A DNA stretch of 63,838 nt, filler included, from Octopus bimaculoides (taxonomy: Eukaryota), in the NCBI RefSeq assembly GCF_001194135.2. It is 10 parts of 9 records of this genome, joined end to end, with 100 filler letters (N's around TTAATTAATTAA, not from the genome) between each part and the next. Parts side by side here need not be neighbours in the genome. Positions count along the whole stretch, not along the records: positions 1 to 8,448 come from NC_069000.1; positions 8,549 to 12,173 come from NW_026439423.1; 8 more parts are not named here. One strand, 5' to 3'. Below the pieces are notes generated by a model, which made no database searches, was not told the DNA's origin, and saw nothing but the letters and a program-made list of their open reading frames with translations. This document shows, piece after piece, positions 1 through 10,466 of this stretch. Position numbers and translations under genes: made by a program. The stretch's first letter is position 1, and each line of letters starts with the position of its first letter.

Positions 1-207
1 ATGTCCATAAACAAATATCAGAGTCAAACACTGTCTGTAGCTGGTCTTCTCTTGGAAGAGCCCTGCTTCTCACATGGACAACTGTATGTTGGCTGCTCAA
101 GAGTGGGCAGCAAAAAAACCTATTTGTATATGCTCCACAAGGGAAAACAAGGAACATTGTTTACAACGAGGTGTTATAATCACAACAGCAAGAAAGTATG
201 TACATGA
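1..207 (+). mobile_element. Helitron RepHel PIF1-type helicase C-terminal remnant
   Basis: Translation MSINKYQSQTLSVAGLLLEEPCFSHGQLYVGCSRVG matches the conserved PIF1/Helitron helicase C-terminal motif (TINKSQGQTL...L.EPCFSHGQLYVA.SRV). A Helitron 3' end follows about 150 nt downstream. Confidence 0.85.
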
Positions 208-297
208 TCACCTTTTACGAAACTTCATTGACTTTCATATATTTATATTGATATACATATATATATACGTGTGTTTGGGTGCGTGTGTGTATATACA

Positions 298-388
298 TCT
301 CTATATATAAAGATGATGCGTAGTCTAGACGGTGTTTTTAGATTTCATTATTCTCTTTAACCCGGGCAACGCCGGGTATTTCTGCTAG
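298..388 (+). mobile_element. Helitron 3' terminus or mini non-autonomous Helitron (TC...hairpin...CTAG, between A and T)
   Basis: A|TCTCTATATATAAAG at 297|298. GC hairpin CCCGG-GCAACG-CCGGG at 361-376. CTAG at 385-388, followed by T at 389. These are the canonical Helitron terminal signatures. Confidence 0.85.
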
Positions 389-416
389 TAGCCAATATAT
401 ACATGCAGGACAGTGG

Positions 417-1398
417 CCACGGAAGTTGGAATCTGCTCAGGAGTGTGTGAGAATTTAGCTTTAGGATCAACACCACTAAAACCAACCCTATGGCTGCGAT
501 ATGTTGATGACACCTTCATGCGCTAGCCCCACCAGGAAGATGTCCATATGCTGTTAGATCATGTGAACTCAATAAAGCCATCCATACAGTTCACAATGGA
601 AAAAGAAAAAGACAATCAGCTAGCATTCCTGGGCATATTAATAACACGCACCAAGTATGGATTCAGACATCTGTATACCACAAGCTGACCTTCACTGGAC
701 GATACTTCAACTCCCACCATCCATATAGTGTAAAGAGAGGGATTGCTCAGTGCCTAAAACATCAAGTAATGAATATAAGTAGTGATCGTGATACCAACCA
801 TGAAGAAATGATCAAGCTCAGTAACAATCTATTAAGCAACAACTACCCCTAAAACATACTCTCCACTCCAATTATGAAGAAAAGAGAGGATGAAACCAAT
901 AAACTGTCCACAGTCTGTCTACCCTATGTGAAAGGCCTCTCCGAAAAAATACAAAAGATACGTGGCCCATATGACATCAGGACAATATTCAAGAGTAATA
1001 CAACACCTCGCAAATATCTCCTTCGAGTAAAACTACCAATAGAAGAGAATATGACCAAGAACTGCGTGTACTCCATCCCATGCAGCTGTGGTAGGTTATA
1101 CAAAGGCGAAACATGCTGCCCCCTCAAAATAAGGTTAGAGGAACATCGCAAAGCTGTGACACAGGGAGAAAGTGATAAATCAGGTATAGCTGATCATGTA
1201 TGGAAAAATGGAGACCACCTCTCGCTGTGGGATGAAGTTAAAATAATAGACAGAGAACACCACTGGAAAACACGAGAACTAAAAAAAGCAGCACATATGC
1301 TAGGACACAACATCAACCTCCTAAGCAGACTGAGAGCAGATATGCACAGCATATGGGAACTGGTATTAAGGAAGGACAGGAGAATATTAGATTTATAA
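417..1398 (+). mobile_element. Penelope-like element, 5'-truncated and degenerate (RT C-terminus plus GIY-YIG endonuclease)
   Basis: WLRYVDDTF at 491-517, then QFTMEKEKDNQLAFLGILIT and YFNSHHPYSVKRGI-type motifs across frameshifts. ORF 874-1398 carries the GIY-YIG-like CVYSIPCSCGRLYKGET...RLEEH. Confidence 0.9.
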
Positions 1399-1421
1399 GC
1401 CCTAAAATTCACTCCATAATT

Positions 1422-1583
1422 GCCCACGGGCATATGGTGTAGTGGTTAAGAGCACGGGCTACTAACCCCAAGATTCCGAGTTCGATTCCGGGCAGTGACC
1501 TGAATAATAATAACATCGAAAAATACCTTAGGAATGAGAACCCAGGTTCGAAATTTCCCCAAGACACCTGATGAAAGCTGGAG
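1422..1583 (+). mobile_element. tRNA-derived SINE, 3'-truncated
   Basis: Pol III A-box TGGTGTAGTGG (1435-1445) and B-box GAGTTCGATTCC (1478-1489), without a proper cloverleaf end. It stops shortly after CTGATGA (1568-1574). Confidence 0.75.
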
Positions 1584-3529
1584 AGAATCCTGTCTCCACA
1601 GCTCTGTGTTAGAAGTAGTCTAAATTTATCATTATTGGTTCAAATAGTCCAACCAGTTAATCATTACATCTTTAAATTATCATCAGCTACCAGAATTTTA
1701 TAATTTTATATATAGCCTGCTGTTACATCACCATCATCACCAATACAAACATCATTGTCATAAGTATTAATAACAATAGCTGTCCTGAGGCAATAATGCA
1801 AATCACTTCTTGAGCATTATATTGATCATGAGTAGATGCAATAAATGTGAGAGAGAGAGAGAGAGAGTTAAATTTACATTATATGTAATTGAAAGACTAT
1901 TTTGTAAGATGCCAAGGTTGTTTCTCGATTTCTAGTAACTGAAAAGGAAAAATAGATTAAAAACTGTCTGGCAACTATTTTTCATCAGAGAAAAAGATTG
2001 CTTTTTTTAGTAAATATTAATTTCCTGGTAACACATCTATACACAACTTAGTGATAACCAAATCCATCCAGCTACCCACATGCCCCAGAATAAAAATCAC
2101 ATCAAAGAGGCACTTTTATACTATTATTCTACATAGCTGCTGTAATAATGCTCAATAATAAGAATATTAGTTTCACACTACAGAGATTAACTAACATGCC
2201 AGACTACTGACTGGATGGGGATGGACGTAGGCAGCTAATTTGTATCCCATCTTTTGTATCAGAGTGGATCACGAGCAATAGAAAACCAATGACATGATAC
2301 AAGCCAACGAGGGAGTGCCTCTATGCTAACTTTATCTGCTGGAAATAACAGCCAAATCCCCTTCAAACTACATCTTACCGTAATGTAATCTGGTGGGTCT
2401 TTTATAAAAGACAATATGGGAATGGTTGGAATGCCTTTAATTTTAGGTTTGCTCCAGTAGGGCTGATCAGGAAAACAACTAAATTAAAACACAAGGTGGG
2501 GGTGGGGTGTGTGTGCTCTACATGGTTTATTGACTTTCTAGAAGTAGCAGCCAAATCTACTTCAAATTACACCCATTGACAGCTGAAAGGAGGAAACATT
2601 TAACAATACAGTTCTATGTCTGAATAAAAAAAATTGGGTAGTCAAAGTGGAACATCTTTGATTGTTAATTAATTCAACTATCTATAAATAGGTTCCACTA
2701 CACTTTAGTGTAGGCCACTCACTATGTAGACCAAACTAACTACTGCACTAATCTTTATTTCAATCCTCACCAGAATAGCACCTCACTTGACAATGTCCTC
2801 AACCCCAGCCCTTAGACACCTGAGCCTGTCAAGATTTAAAAAGGAAGAAATATAATTCCATTACAGACTCCCATGGATCAGTAGTCTGATAATTATCTCT
2901 GCATTGAACAAATCAATCATAAATCTATTTAACTAACACTGGACAAGATGCCAGTAAATCATAGGGGATTTTCACTGGAGCTAAGAGATTCAGTATAACA
3001 AAACTGCAAAAATATCAGTGAAGGTACCAATGAGGGATCCTCTATATATTCACTTAACCTGCTAGAAATAGTAATCGAATCTCCCTCAAATTTCATTTTA
3101 TCAAATTTAAAAAAAAAGTGGGGAAAAAGTACTACATTGGCTGTGATTCTAGATAAAATGTCTTTGAAAACAAAAGTGATGGGATGGTTACAACTGGAAT
3201 GTTTTTTGATCATAGGTCTGCTTCATCAGAGCTAACCTGTGATTAAACAACAGTCCTTTCACTGTTTTCAAAGGTGAACCAAATGCAACTGCATATGCAT
3301 TTACTTATATTTCACTTACTCACACCCCAACCAACAGCACCATCTTTTAATTACTGAAATGACAATATCACCTTTTCTCTGTCCTCATCTCTCATGAAGA
3401 GCAACTGAACTATCAATGGTGATACAGAATACCATCAAGTTCCCTGGATGTCTTGCTCATGGACACAATACAATTCAAATATACCAATCACTGACTTGTC
3501 CTTAGACACAGCAGAGACTCAGATATGGG

Positions 3530-3860
3530 TAAGATCCTCTTTGGTCACGAATGACCATGGGATTGCATCTAGAAAGTTACCCTTAGAGGAACAAGTCTGG
3601 GTGAGGTTTTTTATGGAAGACCAGCCAGTAGTCACCCATGTATACCAGTCTTCTCTTTCCATGCCACCGATGTTATCCAAGGGAAAGGCAAAGGCTGATA
3701 CAGCTTGGCACCAGTGACGTAACTCATTTCTACAGCTGAGTGAACTGGAGCAACATGAAATGAAGTGTCTTGCTCGAGAACACAACACACAGCCAGGTCT
3801 GAGAACCAAACTCACTATGTCATGATTGTGAGCTAGATGCTCTAATCACTGAGCCATGTA
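3530..3860 (-). mobile_element. tRNA-derived SINE family B (CORE-like central domain)
   Basis: Minus strand reads TGGCTCAGTGATTAGAGC...GTGTTGTGTTCTCGAGCAAGACACTTCATTTCATGTTGCTCCAGTTCACTCAGCTG. Related copies lie at about 15785-15930 (+), 48665-49035 (-), 56440-56780 (-) and 60070-60215 (+). Confidence 0.75.
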
Positions 3861-4244
3861 CACAACTAAATAAGGGACCCAGTACACAACCCATTAATAC
3901 ATCAAGGAATGGTAGTTGGTTGCTGCTTTCTGTTTCCTACCGTAATTTGGATCAAAGCACACAGCAAACTTATACACTGCATCTACAATAACATTGATGT
4001 CTTGGTGTGGTGGTTTAAGTACAAAAGTGTCATCCCACTTTCAACATCTACAAAGAAAATAAGCAGAATTCCAGGATTTGGTCAGTGTGTGTTAGATGAC
4101 TCAGCATGGAAAATCTTATAGTGACCTTTTTGAATGAATTTCCAAACAACAATTACAGAATTCCCTCATATTATATATATATATAATTATACCACAACAT
4201 AATTCTTTTAGAATGATCTATTGAAAATAAAACATGAATACAGA

Positions 4245-4610
4245 TGCAAGTGTGGTAAGAAGTTTGCTTCCCACACTGTTCAGGGTTCAGTCCCACTGTG
4301 TGGCACCTTGGGCAAGTGTCTTCTGCTACAGCCTTGGACCAACCAAAGCCTTGTGAGTGGATCAGGTAGGTAGAAACTGAAAGAAGCTTGTTGTGCATAT
4401 ATGTGTGTCCCTCCACTCCACCACTTGAGAACCAGTGTTGGTGTATTTATGTTCCTGCAACTTAACAGTTCGGCAAAAAAAAAAAAAAACCTGCTACAAT
4501 AGGTAGCAAGCTTAAAAAAAAAAAACTAGTGGGATTGATTCATTTGACTAAAAGTTCTTCAAGCTGGTGCCCCAGTCTAATGAGTGAAACAAGTAAAAAA
4601 TAAAAAACAG
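4245..4610 (+). mobile_element. tRNA-derived SINE family A (most abundant repeat in the window)
   Basis: Head GGTAAGAAG.TTGCTTCCC...GGGTTCAGTCCCACTG.GTGGCACC, central (TA/TG)n, tail ...GGTGCCCCAG...GAAACAAGTAAAA. About 20 full or partial copies occur in the window. Confidence 0.85.
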
Positions 4611-5034
4611 AAAGAATTGCAACGCTGAATGGAGAATTAACTTCTTTAAAAAACGAGTGAGCACTGTGTTCTTAAACAAAGCAATTTATGTAAGACCTGC
4701 CACTCAGATATTGAAATACTGAGTATAAATGTCACAATGGTATTAAATGGCCAAAGAAGAGAAGTTTCAAAAACACTACTCCTGTCTCTAAAAAATTATG
4801 TTTCAGCAGAAAGTATCATATTTCTACTAAAACAAGATTGAATCATTTCATTAGCAGCACAAATTGTTGCCTATCACAATTCTCATCTATCTACAACTGT
4901 CTCTCCAGTGTTGTGTTTTAAATCATTTTGAGTTATGCTTTTTCACTATTCTCTGACATAATTTTCAAACTGTACTAATTGTAGGCGCTGCAGAGGAGCT
5001 AGAATATTGGGGCAAATTAAGGAAAAAATAAATA

Positions 5035-5410
5035 TTCTTTTATTTGTTTCAGTCATTTGACTGAGGCAATGCTGGAGCACCGCCTTTAGTTGAGCCAATC
5101 GATCCCAGGACTTATTCTTTGTAAGCCCAGCACTTATTCTATCGGTCTCTTTTGCCGAACTGCTAAGTTACGGGGACATAAACACACCAGCATCGGTTGT
5201 CAAGTGATGTTGGGGGGGGGGGACAGACACACAAACACATTTTATATATATATATATATATATGACGGGCTTCTTTCAGCTTCCGTCTACCAAATCCATT
5301 CACAAGGCTTTGGTTGGCCTGAAGCTATAGTACAAGACACTTGCCACACAGTGGGACTGAACCCGGAACCATGTGGTTGGTAAGCAAGCTACTTACCACA
5401 CAGCCACTCC
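5035..5410 (-). mobile_element. SINE family A, inverted relative to the 4245-4610 copy
   Basis: Reverse complement of the family A tail, microsatellite and head. Confidence 0.85.
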
Positions 5411-5950
5411 AGCATCTGGGGTGTACTAAACATCAAAATGTTATAAGGAACAGTAAAGTGGTGAATTATCCAATTAGCCCCATTTCTACCTGTAGCATGC
5501 ATGGAAAGCGGACGTTAAACGATGATGATGATGATGAGAACAAAAATAAGAGAATCTAGCCATGAAGTAAGATAAAAAAATAAATAAACAGAAACATGAT
5601 GTAAACAACAAAAGAATGGTGGCATTTTCTGTTGTTGAATCAGATGACAAAGGAATGTGACAAGATGATCTGCTGGAACAGATCCATTCAATCCATGTTA
5701 ATATGGAGGCGGCTAGAAAAATGATCAGATTTTTCTGTTGTGGTCACAGTTTTCTGCTCTTTTAATTTTGTTCAATTTTATTTTAAGCTTGGTCTTCTAA
5801 TGTAGTTTTGCATGCTTATCACGGAAATGAAAATTATTTTTGCAATAAATTAATAAAAAGTTTGAAAATTTTGGGTAATTCTAACCAATCAAAAGCTGCT
5901 GACATTGGTGCCTGTTTCCATAGTAACAAGCCAAAGTATAGTCTGCTTAA

Positions 5951-6349
5951 CTCTTTACCATTTAGATTTTTCTATCAAATGTAATACATATCTATTCACA
6001 TTGCTTTGAATTAATCATGCATTAACTTGCAGCTTTGAGATTTTGATGATGTGATTGTTTATTTTTGAATGATATTGTAGGGTAGGTGCGAGAAGCCAGA
6101 TCTGGCTGGTTTGAGCATGAAACAAGGAAAAACATTTGGGCCAAGTATAACCAATTTAACCCTTTAGTATTCAGATTACTGTTAAGTGTAATGCTTATTT
6201 ATTCACATTGTTTAAGATTTTGATGCCGTGATTTACTTATTTTTACAATGACATTGTAGGGTGGGTGTGAGATGTTGGATCTGGCCAGTTTGAACACAAA
6301 AGAGACAGATTATTTTGGCTGGATATGACTAGTTTAAATATTAAAAGGG
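5951..6349. mobile_element. Two tandem copies of a roughly 190-bp TTAA-flanked MITE (piggyBac-like ends)
   Basis: The second copy runs TTAA|CCCTTTAGTATT (6156-6159|6160) to AATATTAAAAGGG|TTAA (6349|6350-6353). A more decayed first copy occupies 5951-6155. A similar tandem lies at about 8670-8915 and an end fragment at about 57725-57770. Confidence 0.7.
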
Positions 6350-7229
6350 TTAAACTACTACAACCATGTATATTGTCTTTACTTGTCTACATTGTCTTTG
6401 ACAAGTGCCTATTTTCTGAATGTTTGCATTATCTCTTTTGTCATTTTCACCTGTGGTTTTTTTGACAAATGAAAGGATATTTTCAGTTACTGTCCTCTCA
6501 ATACCTCATTTTCATAATTTTGAACTGTGTGTTTTCCTGAGCCTTTTCAACCTAAATAGATGTATGGCCACAGCCAACTCATTTGAATATGGCAGACAAA
6601 TTGAAAACCAAGGAGAATGTGATTTCTTACTTGAAAGAAAAGAAAATTATGTACAAAAAAACAACATTTATATGAACAAGGTGCTTCTTGGGAACATTTA
6701 TAGGCAGTGTTCCCAAAAAGATGCAACGAGTGTGTGTCTATCAGAAAAGATACATAGTTGGAAGGTGGCACCTTTCCTCTTAGGAATGTTCAATAGTCAA
6801 CCTCATTCGCTGTGTTGACTTCACATACTTCATTATTGAAAATGTTTGCTCAGAAGCATAAGTTGTTCCAAACACTGATGCCATACAAGAGGCAAATGAA
6901 CTCATTGCAGGTACTTACACAAAAGGTACAGTGCAGTGCAGGCCGGATCTGGCCTGCAGGGTGTAGTTTGGTGACCCGTGCACTAGAGGAATACATATGT
7001 CAGTCAGTTCTTTCAGAAACCACAATTTTCAGTGAGTTGTAGAGGGCTTATTCTCACATTCCTGAAATTGATGGTTATAATGTTTGATTTGAATTTTTGG
7101 TACAGAAAAAAGTACTGATTGTTTATATGAACTGAACTACAGTTAGCTTTTCTCTTTTTTAATTTAATGTACTGTTTGTATTTTTCACAAAAAAAAAAAA
7201 AAAAAAAAAAACCAAGTATTTTTCCTATT

Positions 7230-7540
7230 TATATTGTTTACATGTCTGTTCCAACATTTCACATGACATTATTCATTAAAACTTATTAGAGCTTCTTACA
7301 AGTTTGTTGTTGTAATGTTAGGGAGCTGTTACACACATAAAATGCCAGCTTTGAAATCCTGTTTTCTGATTAAGTAAAAATTATCAAACTTTAAACCTCT
7401 AGCATTTTCTAAAATTTGTCTGGAACAAATAAATAGCAAAATCAGATTCAGTGTGAAAAATTATATCTAAATAACAATTTTGAAAATTTTCACTTAACTT
7501 TAAATTTCAAAAGCTGTGACAGCAACAGAAAAGATCCAAA
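7230..7540. mobile_element. Unclassified non-autonomous DNA-transposon-like dispersed repeat
   Basis: Colinear similarity to 62150-62515, sharing TTTACATGTCTGTT, ATTCATTAAAACTTATTA, AAATCCTGTTTTCTGATTA, CTGGAACAAATAAATA and TGTGACAGCAACAG. Confidence 0.65.
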
Positions 7541-8492
7541 TGATCTATAGTAGGGGAGTCAAACTCATTTAGCTTTACAAGCTAAATTGAAGTATAAACC
7601 AGATCTAGCAGGTTAAATAGGGCTAATTATCCCTAAACATTATCGAGTAGGGCAAATAAATGGATAAAAGGGGCAATATATGTTATAACGACTTTGTTAA
7701 CAATAAATAAAGGAAATACTATGAAGAGTTAGCAATGTTCTCGTGCATGGATGAAACTCCTGTACACAGTGTATATACAGTCCTATTAAGTAAGAGTCCT
7801 TAGAGACAGCATGCAGATAGACATTATCCAAATGAATGCATACGTTCTTGAGTCCTTAAGTGGATAGAAGCTGTGCAAGAGGAAGACTAAACAAATAGCT
7901 TAGTAGCTTAAGATAGCAGTGAGTAGGGTTTTATAAAGAAAATGATAAGTCTCATTCATCATGGAACAAGGTCTCGTCCAGTTAGTCGGCCGTAAGAGGA
8001 ATAAAATTTCATATATCAACAAAAAGATACAAATGTACAAGGTCAGATATACTTGAGTGTATGGTACAATAATGAGTCTTAGTTTATTAACCAGAGAGAA
8101 TAAAAATCAAAGTTATGTACAGCACAATTTGCACTGAAAACAGAGAATGGACCAAAATAGTGAAAACCAATTGATCGTGTGATCTAAACATTTCTGCCAC
8201 ACAACCGTCCTTCAGTGGTTGTAAGTTCGGTTAATGTTGACATTGTTACCCAGAAACGAAATCGAAAAAAAAAAAAAAAAATAGTGCAACGGGTGTAAGA
8301 AAAGGTGTAGGAAATGAATATGAAAACAAAAATGCCTGGAAAACAAGTGGCGTAGGGAGAGGCCTGATGTTTTTCCCTCATAACACTGAGGAAAATATAA
8401 TCCTTTTGAAATCACAAATTAAACTTTTCCTCAGGAACTTGGATGCTANNNNNNNNNNNNNNNNNNNNNNNNNNNNNNNNNNNNNNNNNNNN

Positions 8493-8504
8493 TTAATTAA
8501 TTAA
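8493..8504. other. Synthetic gap spacer TTAATTAATTAA inside N-runs (assembly artefact)
   Basis: The same 12-mer, with stops in all six frames, is centred in N-runs at about 8493, 12218, 23327, 32816, 35881, 39922, 48328, 58189 and 61947. Confidence 0.95.
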
Positions 8505-9430
8505 NNNNNNNNNNNNNNNNNNNNNNNNNNNNNNNNNNNNNNNNNNNNAGAGACCGATAGAATAAGTATTAGGCTTACAAAGAATAAGCCCTGGGGTTTG
8601 ATTTGATTGACTAAAAAGGGGTGCTCCAGCATGGCCACACTCAAAATGACTAAGACAAATAAAAGGAATATTTGGGTCAGATATGGCCCGGTTTAATCCC
8701 CAAGAATTCAGATTATCTGTCAAATGTAATCCTTATTTACTCACATTGCTTTGGATTAACCATTCGTAATTTTGCAGATTTGAGATTTTGATGACTGATT
8801 AGTTTTAGAACGACATTGTAGGAGTAAGTGTGAACAACCAGATCTGGCTGGTTTGAACATGAACAGGTAGAATATTTGAGCCGGACATGACCAGTTTAAA
8901 TACCACAGAATTAAAAGGAAACAAGAAAAATGTTAAGTGTAATGCTTATTAATGGGAGTAAAGAATAAAGAATTTTGAATGGTGCAACAATGCACTACAA
9001 TACAAACAATGGGCTATATACCAAAAATAGGCGCAGGTGTAATTTTATTCCAGTGTAGGCACAGGTGGGGCAAGATTGCTACCCAACCACATGGTTCCAG
9101 GTTCAGTCCCACTGCGTGGCACTTTGGGGGGCAGGTGTCTGCTACTATAGCCACAGGTTACTTTTTTTTTAAACCTTGTACTTATTCTATTGCTCTCTTT
9201 TGCTGAGCCATTAAGTTACGGGAACATAAACACACCAACACCGGTTGAGAGGTGATGGTGGGAGGGGGGAAGCACACACCAAAAACTCACACTCACCAAA
9301 GACGCACACACCAAACATGGACACATGCCAAATACACACCACACACAGATCTATAAAGAAAGAAAGAAAGAAAAAAAAAAGAAAGGAAGAACATGGCTAA
9401 GAGAGAAAACTAACTTTTGCTTAAAGTTCT

Positions 9431-10013
9431 TTATTTAATATACCATTTATAAATTCTTCGGCCACAAATCCAGGCGGCTAAGATGACTGTGGCGTTACAG
9501 ACTAAGTTTTGAACAAATTTATTTGTATGGACAATGACCAGCGGAGTGTGGCCGTCATCGCTTCCATCGTCATCATTGCTGTCGCCGCTGATTGACCCTC
9601 CAACCACGGCGACACTTGTGACAGCGCTGTTTTGGACGTCGGAGTCTGCTAGTAAAGTCCTCAAGTGTTCGGCATTCGTCTCGACCTCGTACGCCGAGCA
9701 TGGGTCAGTCTGCCAGGACAGGGCATGAATGCCACCGGCCAGCAGGCTGAGTAGACCCCATGAGCATATCAGCAGGCTGTTGTGTGGCCAGATTTCGTTG
9801 GTGATTGCACAGCCGAGGCTGGAAATGACCGCTGTATTTTGGAACCAGTGGCCAAGGGATATCCACCACCGAGTTTCTTCACCTAGAGATTTCACTCGGA
9901 TTATGATGGCCTTAGCCTTGGCATAGAGCAAGTGGTCGAGCTGGATCTCCCGCTTTTCTCGGTCGGACGGACTTCCAAACTCGTCACCACGAAACATCAC
10001 GGCATCACCAGAG
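9431..10013 (-). CDS. TMEM11: TMEM11/PMI-like mitochondrial membrane protein, exon 2 (terminal coding exon)
   Basis: QLDHLLYAKAKAIIIRVKSLGEETRWWISLGHWFQNTAV aligns to TMEM11 ELEQALEAQYKYIVIEPTRIGDETARWITVGNCLHKTAV. ALSWQTDPCSAYEVE aligns to GISWQFDPCCKYQVE. TPLVIVH...LAAWICGRRIYKWY aligns to TPVVLVR...LAALVYCVKKIYELY (TMEM11 recalled from memory). A polypyrimidine tract and AG acceptor lie at 10015-10014, and the TAA stop at 9433-9431. Confidence 0.9.
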
Positions 10014-10221
10014 CTAAACGTTGAAAAAGAAACAAACAAAAAACAAAAAAAATCAATTATAAACTGGAAAGAAAAAACAAAACAAAAACATCAAAAGAAC
10101 GAACAAGCATTTCACTGCTCAGCATGTAAAGTGACAAGGGTATCAACAATTCAGTGCTAGAAAACTCACCACACAGGTGGATTGCTGCATAGACAATTCA
10201 GCGCATATAATATATGTATAT

Positions 10222-10466
10222 TTATCTTCATTAGGCACAGGAGTGGTAAGCAGCTTGCTTACCAACCACATGGTTCCAGGTTCGGTCCCACTGCGTGGCA
10301 CCTTAAGCAAGTGTCTTCTACTATAGCCTCGGGCCGACCAAGGCCTTGTGAGTGGATTTGGTAGACGGAAACTGAAAGAAGCCCGTCGTATATATGTGTG
10401 TGTGTGTTTGTCCCCCTAGCATTGCGTGACAACCGAAGCTGGTGTGTTTATGTCTCTGTCACTTAT
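10222..10466 (+). mobile_element. SINE family A copy in the TMEM11 intron (CpG-intact)
   Basis: Family A head and middle with CpGs retained (TGCGTGGC, CTCGGGCCGACC, GACGGAAAC, GCCCGTCGTA). Confidence 0.85.

Noticed and set aside
1428-1500. Possible tRNA genes (also 15785-15870, 42616-42690, 60075-60160)
   Set aside because: A and B boxes are present but the stems do not close and the sequence continues into repeat bodies, so these are SINE heads.
6420-6818. 132-aa plus-strand ORF
   Set aside because: It has a near-cognate start, no recognisable domain and no convincing splice pair. It cannot be supported as a CDS.
8493-8504. Recurrent palindrome TTAATTAATTAA at nine positions
   Set aside because: It is always embedded in N-runs and has stops in all frames, so it is a synthetic scaffold spacer, not a biological repeat.
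9431-10039. ORF-track start MFVSFSTF (TTG at 10039) as the true N-terminus
   Set aside because: It is the intron polypyrimidine tract. The AG acceptor at 10015-10014 and a phase-compatible upstream exon explain it better.
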